Source: Myxococcales bacterium (GTDB lineage: Bacteria; Myxococcota; Myxococcia; Myxococcales; Anaeromyxobacteraceae). Taken from it: a stretch of DNA of 25,640 bases. The translations under genes and the position numbers were made by a program. Below the pieces are notes generated by a model that searched no databases, was not told the DNA's origin, and worked only from the letters and a program-made list of their open reading frames with translations. Positions 1-8,617 of this stretch are shown here, piece by piece; position 1 is the stretch's first letter, and every line of letters starts with the position of its first letter. The stretch lies in NCBI GenBank assembly GCA_038320275.1, contig JBBQEB010000043.1, positions 1 to 25,640 of the forward strand. Reading direction: 5' to 3'.

Positions 1-133
1 GAGCGGAGGCGTGGCCTCCGGAGGACGAACGCGTGCCCGACCCCCGTCCGGCGCCGTGGCCTCCGCCGCGGGCGAGCGCGCCGCCCGGCAGCGCCGCCAG
101 GGCCAGCGCCAGGATGAAGGGCTCGAGCCGCAT
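1..133 (-). CDS. N-terminal part of a secreted Gly-rich hypothetical protein (runs off the window edge)
   Basis: Manual translation MRLEPFILALALAALPGGALA|RGGGHGAGRGSG...; strong SD GAGGAGG 5 nt before the ATG at 133; signal-peptide-like N-terminus. Confidence 0.7.
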   Translation of the reverse strand, partial: MRLEPFILALALAALPGGALARGGGHGAGRGSGTRSSSGGHASA

Positions 134-183
134 GGTGCCTCCTCGTTCCGGGCGAGCGGCGAGACTACCACTCCTGGTGAGGT

Positions 184-1539
184 CTACAGTTCCACCTTCG
201 GCAGCCGGGACAGGGAGTCCCGGATCTTCTCCTCCGGGTACGCGAAATCCTCCAGCCCGCCCGAGAGGTACGTGTCGTACGCGGCCATGTCGAGCTGGCC
301 GTGTCCGGAGAGGCCGAAGAGGATCACCCGCTTCGTGCCCTCCTCCTTCGCCCGAAGGGCCTCGTCGATGGCGCCGCGGATGGCGTGCGACGACTCGGGC
401 GCGGGGACGATCGCCTCCGTGTTTGCGAACTGGAGCGCGGCCTCGAAGCAGGCGCGCTGCGGATAGGCGCGCGCCTCGATCTGGCCGGCCGCGACGAGGT
501 GCGAGACGAGCGGCGAGGCGCCGTGGTAGCGGAGCCCTCCCGCGTGGATTCCGGGCGGCATGAAGTCGTGACCCAGCGTGTACATCCGCACGATGGGCGC
601 GAGCTTGGCGGTGTCGCCGTAGTCGTACGCGAACACGCCCTTCGTGAGCGTCGGGCAGGAGGTGGGCTCCACCGCGAGGAGGCGCACCTTCGAGCCTGCT
701 GCGCGGTCGGCGACGAAGGGCATGGCGAGGCCGCCGAAGTTGGAACCGCCGCCGTGGCACCCGATGACGACGTCCGCCGACTCGCCGGCGAGCGCGAGCT
801 GCGCCTTCGCCTCCTGTCCCACCACGGTCTGGTGGAGGATGACGTGGTTCAAGACGCTGCCCAGCGCGTACTTGGTGTCGTCGTGGGTGGCCGCGTCCTC
901 CACCGCCTCGGAGATGGCGATGCCGAGCGAGCCCTGGCTGTCGGGCGTCGCCTCGAGGATGGCGCGCCCGGCGTGCGTCCGCGGCGACGGCGAGCGGAAG
1001 ACCTCAGCGCCCCAGAGCTGCATCATGCTCTTGCGGTAGGGCTTCCCCTCGTACGAGACGCGCACCATGTAGACGGTGCACTCGAGGCCGAAGAGCTTCG
1101 TCGCGAGCGCCAGCGATGCGCCCCACTGGCCGGCGCCGGTCTCGGTGGCGAGGCGGCGCGTGCCGGCGAGCTTGTTGTAGTAGGCCTGCGGCACCGCCGA
1201 GTTGGGCTTGTGCGACCCCGCCGGCGAGACGCCCTCGTACTTATAGTAGATGTGGGCAGGCGTCCCCAGCGCCGCCTCCAAGCGGTGCGCGCGGTAGAGC
1301 GGGCTCGGGCGCCACAAGCGATAGATATCCCGCACTGGTTCCGGGATGGGAATCCAGCGCTCCCGCGAGACCTCCTGCTCGATGAGCGCCATGGGGAACA
1401 GCGGCGCCAGGTCCTCCGGGCCGAGCGGCTTCAAGGTACCGGGGTGGAGCGGCGGCGCGAGCGCACCGGGGAGGTCGGGGATGACGTTGTACCACTGGGT
1501 GGGGAGCTGGTTCTCGCCCAGCAGGATCTTGGTGTCCAC
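184..1539 (-). CDS. trpB2: TrpB-like PLP-dependent enzyme (tryptophan synthase beta chain type 2)
   Basis: Motifs SPAGSHKPN (PLP lysine), [40 protein letters not shown]; start trimmed to GTG (MDTKILL...WYN), the usual TrpB2 N-terminus. Confidence 0.93.
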   Translation of the reverse strand: MDTKILLGENQLPTQWYNVIPDLPGALAPPLHPGTLKPLGPEDLAPLFPMALIEQEVSRERWIPIPEPVRDIYRLWRPSPLYRAHRLEAALGTPAHIYYKYEGVSPAGSHKPNSAVPQAYYNKLAGTRRLATETGAGQWGASLALATKLFGLECTVYMVRVSYEGKPYRKSMMQLWGAEVFRSPSPRTHAGRAILEATPDSQGSLGIAISEAVEDAATHDDTKYALGSVLNHVILHQTVVGQEAKAQLALAGESADVVIGCHGGGSNFGGLAMPFVADRAAGSKVRLLAVEPTSCPTLTKGVFAYDYGDTAKLAPIVRMYTLGHDFMPPGIHAGGLRYHGASPLVSHLVAAGQIEARAYPQRACFEAALQFANTEAIVPAPESSHAIRGAIDEALRAKEEGTKRVILFGLSGHGQLDMAAYDTYLSGGLEDFAYPEEKIRDSLSRLPKVEL

Positions 1540-1928
1540 GCGCGCCGCCTGTGTTGGTGAGGAGGGCGCATCCGAACCCAGGCGCGGGCAGAGGTCAAGG
1601 AGGTCCAAGCTACTCGACCGGATCGAAGCGCGGCGCGAGGAGCGCGCGAACCCGGTGTCTTGCCCTCTCGCGACGGGTCCGGCCGGGCGCACGAGATTGC
1701 CGGCAGCGCTTGACGAATAGAGCCCCAACCTTGGGACTCCGAGGGCCTCTGCCGCAACGAGTCTTCGCCCGACCTATGGCGCGCTGCCCCGTCCGAGGGC
1801 GCCGGGGACGCGACCTGTGTCAACAGCTTGGCAAGGCCCGCAGTTCGTCGAGCCTCCACGACGCTTTCAGGTCCGAGGTATCGGCCGGTCGCAGCGTGCA
1901 CCGCAACTGTGGCTCCCAGGGAGTGGCG

Positions 1929-2671
1929 ATGCCTTCATCCGACGACGCGCGCTGCACTTCCGGGGTCCCCGGGCTCGACGACATCCTGAGCGGCGGCTTT
2001 CCCAGGGGACGACTCTGCCTGGTGCAAGGCACGCCCGGCGCCGGGAAGACGACGCTCGCCCTGCAGTTCCTCCTCGCGGGCCTGGCCCGCAAGGAGCAAG
2101 GGCTCTACGTCTCGATGTCCGAGACGCGCGAGGAGCTGGAGAGCGTCGCAGCCTCGCACGGCTGGTCGCTGGACGGGCTCGACGTGCTGGAGCTCAGCGA
2201 GGACGAGCAGGAGGAGAACACCCTCTTCCATCCCGCCGAGGTGGAGCTCGGCGAGCGCATGCAGCTTGCGCGCAACGGCAGGGAGGCGGTGCTCACCGTC
2301 TCGGACGACGGCATCGGCATCTCGCGCGAGCACCTGTCGCAGGTCTTCGATCTCTTCATGCAGGCGCCCAGCGCGCTCGACCGCGCGCGCGGCGGGCTTG
2401 GGCTAGGCCCGAGCGCCGTGGCGCAGGCGCTGGCAGAGCCCTTCGACATCGCCGTCGTGGACATCGGCTTGCCCGGCTTCGACGGCTACGAGGTGGCGCG
2501 CCGCATCCGGGCCGCCATGGGATCGCGCGTGTTCCTCGCCGCCGCCACCGGCTACGGCAGCCGGAGGACACCGTCCGCGCGCTCCAGGCTGGCTTCGACG
2601 TCCACCTCACGAAGCCGCTCGCCCTGGGCACGCTGCAGGAACTGCTGCACCGGGCCGGCGACCGCCGGTGA
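1929..2671 (+). pseudogene. Deletion-collapsed remnant: KaiC/GvpD-like ATPase N-half + HATPase_c fragment + receiver domain with a frameshift
   Basis: SGVPGLDDILSGG...GTPGAGKTT (KaiC Walker A), then VSDDGIGI...GGLGLG (G1/G2 boxes), then DIGLPGFDGYEVARRIR...TGYG; receiver continues in another frame from ~2558 as QPED...AGFDVHLTKP; SD AGGGAG before ATG 1929. Confidence 0.85.
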
Positions 2672-2777
2672 CCGGCGGTCGAGCACGGGTTCAGCATCTC
2701 GATTCGCGACCCCGAAGGCGGCGGGTCCGCCCAGGTGCGTCCAGGGTCGTGCTTCAACCTGCCGGGACCGCTGGGAT

Positions 2778-2854
2778 TGGTGGTGAGGGGGAGAATCGAA
2801 CTCCCGACCTAGGGATTATGAGACCCTCGCTCTAGCCGACTGAGCTACCTCACC
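2778..2854 (-). tRNA. tRNA-Met (CAT), probably elongator
   Basis: GGTGAGGTAGCTCAGTCGGCTAGAGCGAGGGTCTCATAATCCCTAGGTCGGGAGTTCGATTCTCCCCCTCACCACCA: paired acceptor stem, TTCGA T-loop, CTCATAA anticodon loop, encoded CCA; G1-C72 pair argues against initiator. Confidence 0.95.
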
Positions 2855-2897
2855 GAGGCGCGACCTGCGCGTGCCCTGCCGGGCGCGCTGCCGCTGC

Positions 2898-2927
2898 CTT
2901 ATAGGGCCTGCCCGAGGGGTGCGTCAA
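2898..2927 (-). promoter_or_regulatory. Sigma70-type promoter of tRNA-Met
   Basis: TTGACG-N18-TATAAG followed by a GC-rich discriminator, ~45 nt upstream of the tRNA 5' end. Confidence 0.7.
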
Positions 2928-3105
2928 CGAGCCTGGCGCGGCCTCCCGGGCGCCGCCGGTCCAGGCCTCGCCTCCCTGCGGTCGTCCTCGTCGCGGGTGG
3001 CTCGAACGACCCTCCCCGAATGGCAATCACTGGCGTACATTTCATTGAGGCTCCGCCACCGGCCATTGCACCTTCTTTGTCAGACCACCCTGCTATCACA
3101 GACTC

Positions 3106-5076
3106 ATGGCAGCGCCTCGCCTCCAGTCGCCCTCCCCTCAGGTCGCCGTTCTAGCGGAGGTCATTGGCCCGCTGTCGGCGCGCGCCCAGCAGCTCCGTCC
3201 GCCTGCGCCATGCGAGATTCCGAGCGTGCTGCGGAACGAGGCGGGGCTGCTCGTCGACCGGCTGCTCATCCGGGTCGCGCGCGGGCGAGGCGCGCTGGAC
3301 ATCGCCATCGGCGAGGGATTGGCGTCGCTGGCTGAACGCGACCGCGCGCTCCGGTTGGGGTTCTCGGGGATTGGCGACTACGCCCGGGAGCGGCTGGGCA
3401 TCGCCGGCCGGACCGCGCAGGTCATGGCCCAGCTCGCGCGGGAGCTGCGGGCGCGGCCGCTCCTGGCGGCGGCGGTCCGAAGTGGGCAGGTCAGCGCGCG
3501 GAAGGCGACGGCCATCCTCGCCGTCGCGCGCGGGGCGGACGAGGCGCAATGGGTGGAGCGGGCGCGCGCGGAGACCGTGCGGGCGCTGGAGGTCGCCGCG
3601 CGGGAGGAGCGGGGGCGGAGAACGGGGATGGGGAACGCGACCCGGAACGCGATGATGGTATTGGCCGCTGCCGCCGATGGTGAGGCCGCGGCCGGGCCAG
3701 ATCCTGAGACCGCGATTGGGACCCTGACCGCGACGACGACCACGAGGGCGACCGCGACCACGGACACGTCCGCGACAGAGACTCCGACCACGACCACGAC
3801 CACGACCCTGACCCCGACCACGAGGGCGACCGCGACCACGACCGCAACCATCACCTCGACCGATAACACCCCCAAGACCGACGCTGAGACCGCGCCAGTC
3901 ACCGACGACACCGCCGACACCGACGACCCTTGGGAACGGGTCTACATCCGCGTCGAGCCCGCCGGTCGAGCCCGGGTTGACGAGGCGCTCGACCTCGCCG
4001 GCAAGCTGCTCGGCGCCACCTCTCCCAAGTGGCAGCGGGTGGAGACGCTCTGCCAGGAGTACCTGGGTGCCCACCCTGTCCCCGACGGCTGCGAGGAGGA
4101 GCTCATCAGCGCGCGCGTCCCGGAATGGCTGCCGCGGGTGAAGGAGCTCCTGGAAAAGGAGATGGACAGCTGGCGCTTCCTCGACCGCTGCCACGCCATT
4201 CACCTCGCCGACCACGGCACGGAGCCCTGGACAGGTATCACCGGCGAGGCGGCGCCCGGACCGACCTCCAGCAATCCCGGCAAACTCGACGCCGAGCTGC
4301 GGCGGCTGGTCGCGCTGCGCGACCGCTGGGACGAGGTGCTGGGGCACCTCGCCCTGCTGCTCAAGATGCTGGGGCTCTGGCGCGACATGAAGTTCGCTAC
4401 CTTCGGCCAGTACTGCGCCGAACGGCTCGGCATGGCGGAGAGCACCGTCGCCCAGCGCATCGCCCTGGAGCGCAAGCTGTACGGGCTACCCGCCCTCCGC
4501 GAGGCCATGCGCGAGGGGCGCATCTCCTACGAGAAGGCCCGGGTGGTCGCCCGGCACGCGAATGCCGACACCGAGGCGGCCCTCATCGCCAGGGCCGAGG
4601 CGGACACCTGCATCGCGCTCCGTCGCGAACTGGACGACGAGCGCGACGCCGAGGCCCGGAAGCGCGCCCCGGAGGACCTCCACCTGGCCATGCCGAGCCG
4701 CGTGGCCGGACTTCTTCGCTCCGCCTGCGGCGCCGCCCAGGAGGTCGCGAAGCACAAGACGGGCCTGTGGACCCCGCCGGGCGAATGCCTCGTCCGCGTC
4801 GCCGACCACTTCATCGACACCTGGAAGGAGGTCCTCCGGGAGCGGAGCACCCCACAGAAGCGTGCGCTGGCGCGGGACAAGGGCTTCTGCCAGGTGCCAG
4901 GCTGCAGCCGGGCGGCCGTCCACGCCCACCACCTCACCTTCCGCTCGGCGGGGGGAACAGACGAGCCGGAAAACCTCGTCTCCCTCTGCGCAGCCCACCA
5001 CCTGCACGGCATCCACGCCGGCTACCTGCGCGTGACGGGCCTGGCCCCCGACAGGCTCACGTGGGCCGTGCCATGA
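3106..5076 (+). CDS. HNH endonuclease with DUF222-like N-terminal region
   Basis: C-terminal RDKGFCQVPGC...HAHH...GGTDEPENLVSLCAAHH HNH/Zn motif; two copies of a helical 'F..Y.xERLG...L...L..A.R.G.(V/I)S..KA' module. Confidence 0.88.
   Translation: MAAPRLQSPSPQVAVLAEVIGPLSARAQQLRPPAPCEIPSVLRNEAGLLVDRLLIRVARGRGALDIAIGEGLASLAERDRALRLGFSGIGDYARERLGIAGRTAQVMAQLARELRARPLLAAAVRSGQVSARKATAILAVARGADEAQWVERARAETVRALEVAAREERGRRTGMGNATRNAMMVLAAAADGEAAAGPDPETAIGTLTATTTTRATATTDTSATETPTTTTTTTLTPTTRATATTTATITSTDNTPKTDAETAPVTDDTADTDDPWERVYIRVEPAGRARVDEALDLAGKLLGATSPKWQRVETLCQEYLGAHPVPDGCEEELISARVPEWLPRVKELLEKEMDSWRFLDRCHAIHLADHGTEPWTGITGEAAPGPTSSNPGKLDAELRRLVALRDRWDEVLGHLALLLKMLGLWRDMKFATFGQYCAERLGMAESTVAQRIALERKLYGLPALREAMREGRISYEKARVVARHANADTEAALIARAEADTCIALRRELDDERDAEARKRAPEDLHLAMPSRVAGLLRSACGAAQEVAKHKTGLWTPPGECLVRVADHFIDTWKEVLRERSTPQKRALARDKGFCQVPGCSRAAVHAHHLTFRSAGGTDEPENLVSLCAAHHLHGIHAGYLRVTGLAPDRLTWAVP
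3721..3930 (+). repeat. Thr-rich ACCNCG hexamer low-complexity tract with an exact 26-bp direct repeat
   Basis: CGACCACGAGGGCGACCGCGACCACG at 3737-3762 and 3815-3840; encodes TLTATTTTRATATT / TLTPTTRATATT. Confidence 0.85.
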
Positions 5077-5168
5077 CGCACGGCGGACTACCCACGGGCT
5101 ACGGCCCACGGAACGCGTTCCCGCTGGCTCGGGACGAAGCGAGCACGCCGGCGGCGCCGGACCCCTGG

Positions 5169-5198
5169 TTGAGACGTCTCATACAAAACGTGTAGGCT
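5169..5198 (+). promoter_or_regulatory. Possible sigma70 promoter with an overlapping 12-bp palindrome
   Basis: TTGAGA-N18-TAGGCT; perfect palindrome TGAGACGTCTCA at 5170-5181 overlaps the -35. Confidence 0.35.
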
Positions 5199-5288
5199 GT
5201 GGGTGTCCCTCCTGCGGCAGGCGCGGCGAGCTCACGTACGATCGGCGTCGCTTCGCCCCACTGCCGCCGCGTACGCTTGGGAGCATCG

Positions 5289-6077
5289 ATGCTGCACACG
5301 CTCATGGACGCGCTCTCTCGTATTCCAGCCGAGTCGGTGATGGGTCGCGCGCTTCGGGTCGCCAAGAACGACGTGATAGGCCCCATCATCTTCGGCCGCG
5401 GCGGCGAGTACGTCTGCCCGCTGTGCAACTACAGGGGTCCTTTCGTCAACGAGAGACCCGAAACGGGCCTGCGCAAGCACGCGCGATGTTCCCGCTGCAA
5501 TTCCCTGGAGCGGCATCGCCTGCAGTGGGCAGTCCTGAGCCCGCTCCTGGCCCGCCGGCCCGGTCTGCGCTTGTTGCACGTCGCGCCGGAGCCATGCTTC
5601 GCGCCGCTTTTGCGCGGGCTCTGTCGCTACGAGTCGGCGGACCTCACCATGACCCGCGTCGACCACCGCGCCGACCTCAGGCGCTTGCCGTTCGTCGACG
5701 CTTCGTACGACGTGGTCTTCGCGTCTCACGTCCTGGAGCACATTCCGGACGACCACCAGGCGCTGCGCGAGGTCCGGCGCGTCCTCTGTCCCGGCGGGTT
5801 CGCGGTGCTCCCGGTCCCCATCATCGGACCCACCACCATCGAGTACGGGGCCGCTAATGCACACGAGGCGGGACACGTGCGCTGTCCCGGCGCCGACTAT
5901 TTCGAGCGGTACCGCGAGTTCTTCGCGCGCGTCGACGTCGTCACCTCGGAGCAGGTCTCCCCGGAGATCCAGCCCTTTGTGTACGAGGATCAGACCCGCT
6001 GGCCCGCCACGATGCCGAGGCGACCCTCCGTCCCGGGCGAGCGGCACCTGGATTACGTTCCCATCTGCTGGGCCTAG
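5289..6077 (+). CDS. Class I SAM-dependent methyltransferase with an N-terminal Cys4 Zn-ribbon-like segment
   Basis: CPLC...CSRCNSLERHR, LLHVAPE, ADLRRLPFVDASYDVVFASHVLEHIPDDHQALREVRRVLCPGG; start chosen at ATG after GGAG. Confidence 0.85.
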   Translation: MLHTLMDALSRIPAESVMGRALRVAKNDVIGPIIFGRGGEYVCPLCNYRGPFVNERPETGLRKHARCSRCNSLERHRLQWAVLSPLLARRPGLRLLHVAPEPCFAPLLRGLCRYESADLTMTRVDHRADLRRLPFVDASYDVVFASHVLEHIPDDHQALREVRRVLCPGGFAVLPVPIIGPTTIEYGAANAHEAGHVRCPGADYFERYREFFARVDVVTSEQVSPEIQPFVYEDQTRWPATMPRRPSVPGERHLDYVPICWA

Positions 6078-6158
6078 CGCGCGAGAAGCGAGCGGCCGCG
6101 GCAGGAGCGGCGCACGCCGGACTCGACGTGCGCCGCTCGAATCATCGGCGGAACCCTT

Positions 6159-8537
6159 TCACTCCAGGCTGGGCGTCAGCGCCGGGGGCTCCTCACCGCG
6201 CGGCGCGAACAGCGTAGCGCGGAGCGCCCCGATGGCGATGGGGAAGGCCCCCAGCACCAGGAAGATGGTGTCCCCTCCGACGCGCACCCACTCCAGCGTG
6301 TGGAAGAGCCCGTGCATCGTGTAGTCGAGCCGGCGCGCGTGCCAGTACCCGTTCTCGACGACGTCCCAGAGCTGAAGGACGCCGGCCGGGAACAGGTCGA
6401 CCGCCATCATCACGGCGAGCCCCACGTTGAGCCCGATGTAGCCGAGCTTCACGAACTTCTCGGTGGAGCGCCAGGCCTGATCGCTCTGCATCGCCCGCAG
6501 GCAGAACACCAGCACGCCGAGGCCCAGCATCCCGAAGACCCCGAACATGGCGCCGTGGCCGTGGTTCGCGGTGAGCGTGGTTCCCACCTCGAAGTAGGAG
6601 ACGATGGGCGTGTTGATGAGGAAGCCCATGATTCCCGCCCCGACAAAGTTCCACACCCCCACCGCGATGAAGAAGTAGATGGCCCACTTGTACCGGGTCG
6701 GCATGTCGTCCGGGTCGGCGGCGGTGCGGTCCGCGGTGCCCTTGCCGAGTCGAATGAAGCCGGACGCGTCGAGCGTGAGCAAGGTGAGCGGCACCACCTC
6801 CAGCGCCGAGAAGCAGGCCGCGATGCCCATGTTGAGGGTGCCCTGGCCGGTGAAGTACCAGTGATGCCCCGTGCCCAGGATGCCGCCCATGAGGAAGAGG
6901 AGCGCGTCGAGGTAGACGAGCCGGGTGGCCGTGCGGGTGCTGACGAGACCGATGTGCCGGAACATGATGGCGACCAGCACCGTCGCGAAGAGCTCGAAGA
7001 ATCCCTCCACCCACAGGTGAATGATCCAGAAGCGCCAGTTGTCGATCACCGCGAAGTTGGTGCGCGGCCCGTAGAACAGCGCCGGCAGGTAGAACACCGG
7101 GATCGCGGCGGCCGCATAGAGGAAGAGCGCCGAGAGCTCCCCCTTGCCTTCCTTGCGGATGGAAGGGCGCAGCGCGCGGAACATGAGGAACAGCCAGAAC
7201 AGGAGCCCGACCGCGAGGAGGAGCTGCCAGAAGCGGCCCAGGTCGAGGTACTCGGAGCCCTGGTGGCCGAACCAGAACCAGAGCTTGTCGAGCTTGCCGG
7301 TGAGGCTCAGGTACTCGCCGCCGAGGCTGCCGAACACGACCACCACCAGCGCCCAGAACAGCACGTCCACGCCGAGCTTCTGCCGCGCAGGCTCGGCGCC
7401 GCCCGCCCAGGGCGCCAGGAAGAGGCCGCCGGCGACCCAGGCGGTGGCGATCCAGAAGATGGCGAGCTGGAGGTGATAGGTGCGCAGCAGGTTGTACGGC
7501 AGGAGCCGCACGATGAAGTCGAGCCCGTAGAAGGAGAACGGTTCCACGCGGTAGTGCGCCAGCGCGCCGCCGGCGAGGCTCTGCAGGAGGAACAAGAGCG
7601 CCACCACGGCGAAGTACTTGCCGGTGGCCCGCTGGCTGGGCGTGAGCAGGAAGGCCGAACGCGCCGGCTTCATGGGCGGCCCGTCGTCGTCGCCGTGCCA
7701 GCCGAGGAAGTGGTACTTGCCGAAGATGAGGAGGATGAGGCCGAGGCCGCCCAGCAGCGAGACCAGGCTGAGCGCGCTCCAGATGTACGCCTCCGTCGAC
7801 GGCTTGTTGCCCGCGACGGGATCGTACGGCCAGTTGTTGGTGTAGGTGTAGCTCTTCTCGGGCCGATTGGTGACCGTGGCCCAGGTGGCCCAGGAGAAGA
7901 ACGCGTTCAGCTGCCGGATCTCGTCGGGATCGGAGATCGACTTGGAGGGCAGGCCGGGCGCCTTGTTGGGCGCGGAGAAGTAGTCGGCCCAGTACGCCTC
8001 GAGCTGCCGGTAAGCGTCCACTTCACCCGGCGATAGCGTCAGCGTGTTCTTCGCAGGGTCGAAACGGTTCTCCTTCAGCTCGGCCTGCATGGCGCCGGTG
8101 ACGGTCACCTTCTCCGCGGCGGAGAGCTGCGCGAACGGCTTTCCATACCCGCGCTGCGCGAGGCCCTCGAGGGCGATCTCGGTCGTGCGATGCAGGTATT
8201 CGGCGGTGTAGTCCGGGCCGAGGTAGGCGCCGTGGCCCCACAGCGTGCCGTGCTCCATGAGGCCGTGCTTGAAGAAGACCTCCTGCCCGCGCTCCACGTC
8301 GTCGCCGCTGAAGACGACCTTGCCCGCGGGATCGACCACGCGCGCCGGGATGGGCGGCGCGTTGGAGTACGTCATGGCGGTGAGGATGCCGAGGCCCGAG
8401 AAGCCGAAGATCATCACCAGGATGACGCCGTGGCGCCACCAGTGGGAGAGCGGCTCCTTCTGCCTGGCTTTCGACTCCAAGGAGTCCGGGGGCGGGGGCG
8501 GCTTCTTCGCTTTCACTTCCACATCGAGGGATTCCAT
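6159..8537 (-). CDS. norB: Quinol-dependent nitric oxide reductase (qNor, single subunit)
   Basis: [93 protein letters not shown]: heme and FeB ligands all present. Confidence 0.95.
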   Translation of the reverse strand: MESLDVEVKAKKPPPPPDSLESKARQKEPLSHWWRHGVILVMIFGFSGLGILTAMTYSNAPPIPARVVDPAGKVVFSGDDVERGQEVFFKHGLMEHGTLWGHGAYLGPDYTAEYLHRTTEIALEGLAQRGYGKPFAQLSAAEKVTVTGAMQAELKENRFDPAKNTLTLSPGEVDAYRQLEAYWADYFSAPNKAPGLPSKSISDPDEIRQLNAFFSWATWATVTNRPEKSYTYTNNWPYDPVAGNKPSTEAYIWSALSLVSLLGGLGLILLIFGKYHFLGWHGDDDGPPMKPARSAFLLTPSQRATGKYFAVVALLFLLQSLAGGALAHYRVEPFSFYGLDFIVRLLPYNLLRTYHLQLAIFWIATAWVAGGLFLAPWAGGAEPARQKLGVDVLFWALVVVVFGSLGGEYLSLTGKLDKLWFWFGHQGSEYLDLGRFWQLLLAVGLLFWLFLMFRALRPSIRKEGKGELSALFLYAAAAIPVFYLPALFYGPRTNFAVIDNWRFWIIHLWVEGFFELFATVLVAIMFRHIGLVSTRTATRLVYLDALLFLMGGILGTGHHWYFTGQGTLNMGIAACFSALEVVPLTLLTLDASGFIRLGKGTADRTAADPDDMPTRYKWAIYFFIAVGVWNFVGAGIMGFLINTPIVSYFEVGTTLTANHGHGAMFGVFGMLGLGVLVFCLRAMQSDQAWRSTEKFVKLGYIGLNVGLAVMMAVDLFPAGVLQLWDVVENGYWHARRLDYTMHGLFHTLEWVRVGGDTIFLVLGAFPIAIGALRATLFAPRGEEPPALTPSLE

Positions 8538-8550
8538 GGCGCCGCGCATT

Positions 8551-8567
8551 AGCACGACACGTGCCAA
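8551..8567 (-). promoter_or_regulatory. Sigma54 (-24/-12) promoter of qNor
   Basis: TTGGCACGTGTCGTGCT with exact GG-N10-GC spacing, immediately upstream of the qNor ATG and facing away from a sigma54 activator. Confidence 0.8.
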
Positions 8568-8617
8568 CGAGTAAAGTCAGTGGAGAGACTCGGACGTCGG
8601 GGTCAGGAGCCGCCCGT

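Noticed and set aside
1551..1928. Upstream extensions of the trpB2 and KaiC-like ORFs, or a riboswitch/attenuator in this spacer
   Set aside because: Extensions have no protein-like motifs; no Trp-rich leader peptide or recognisable riboswitch consensus was seen.
2705..2752. Nested hairpin downstream of the tRNA as an ncRNA or terminator
   Set aside because: Short GC stems are common at this composition and there is no U-tract.
2778..2854. tRNA as initiator fMet or Ile2
   Set aside because: G1-C72 is paired, unlike bacterial fMet, and the acceptor stem lacks the C4-G69/C5-G68 pairs typical of Ile2; elongator Met fits best, though not proven.
3721..3930. Repeat tract as a CRISPR or guide array for the HNH
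   Set aside because: Lies in frame within the CDS, has hexamer periodicity and no constant repeat/unique spacer structure.
5073..5195. 40-aa ORF overlapping the HNH stop (ATGA)
   Set aside because: No recognisable motif, weak codon bias, and it overlaps promoter-like sequence.
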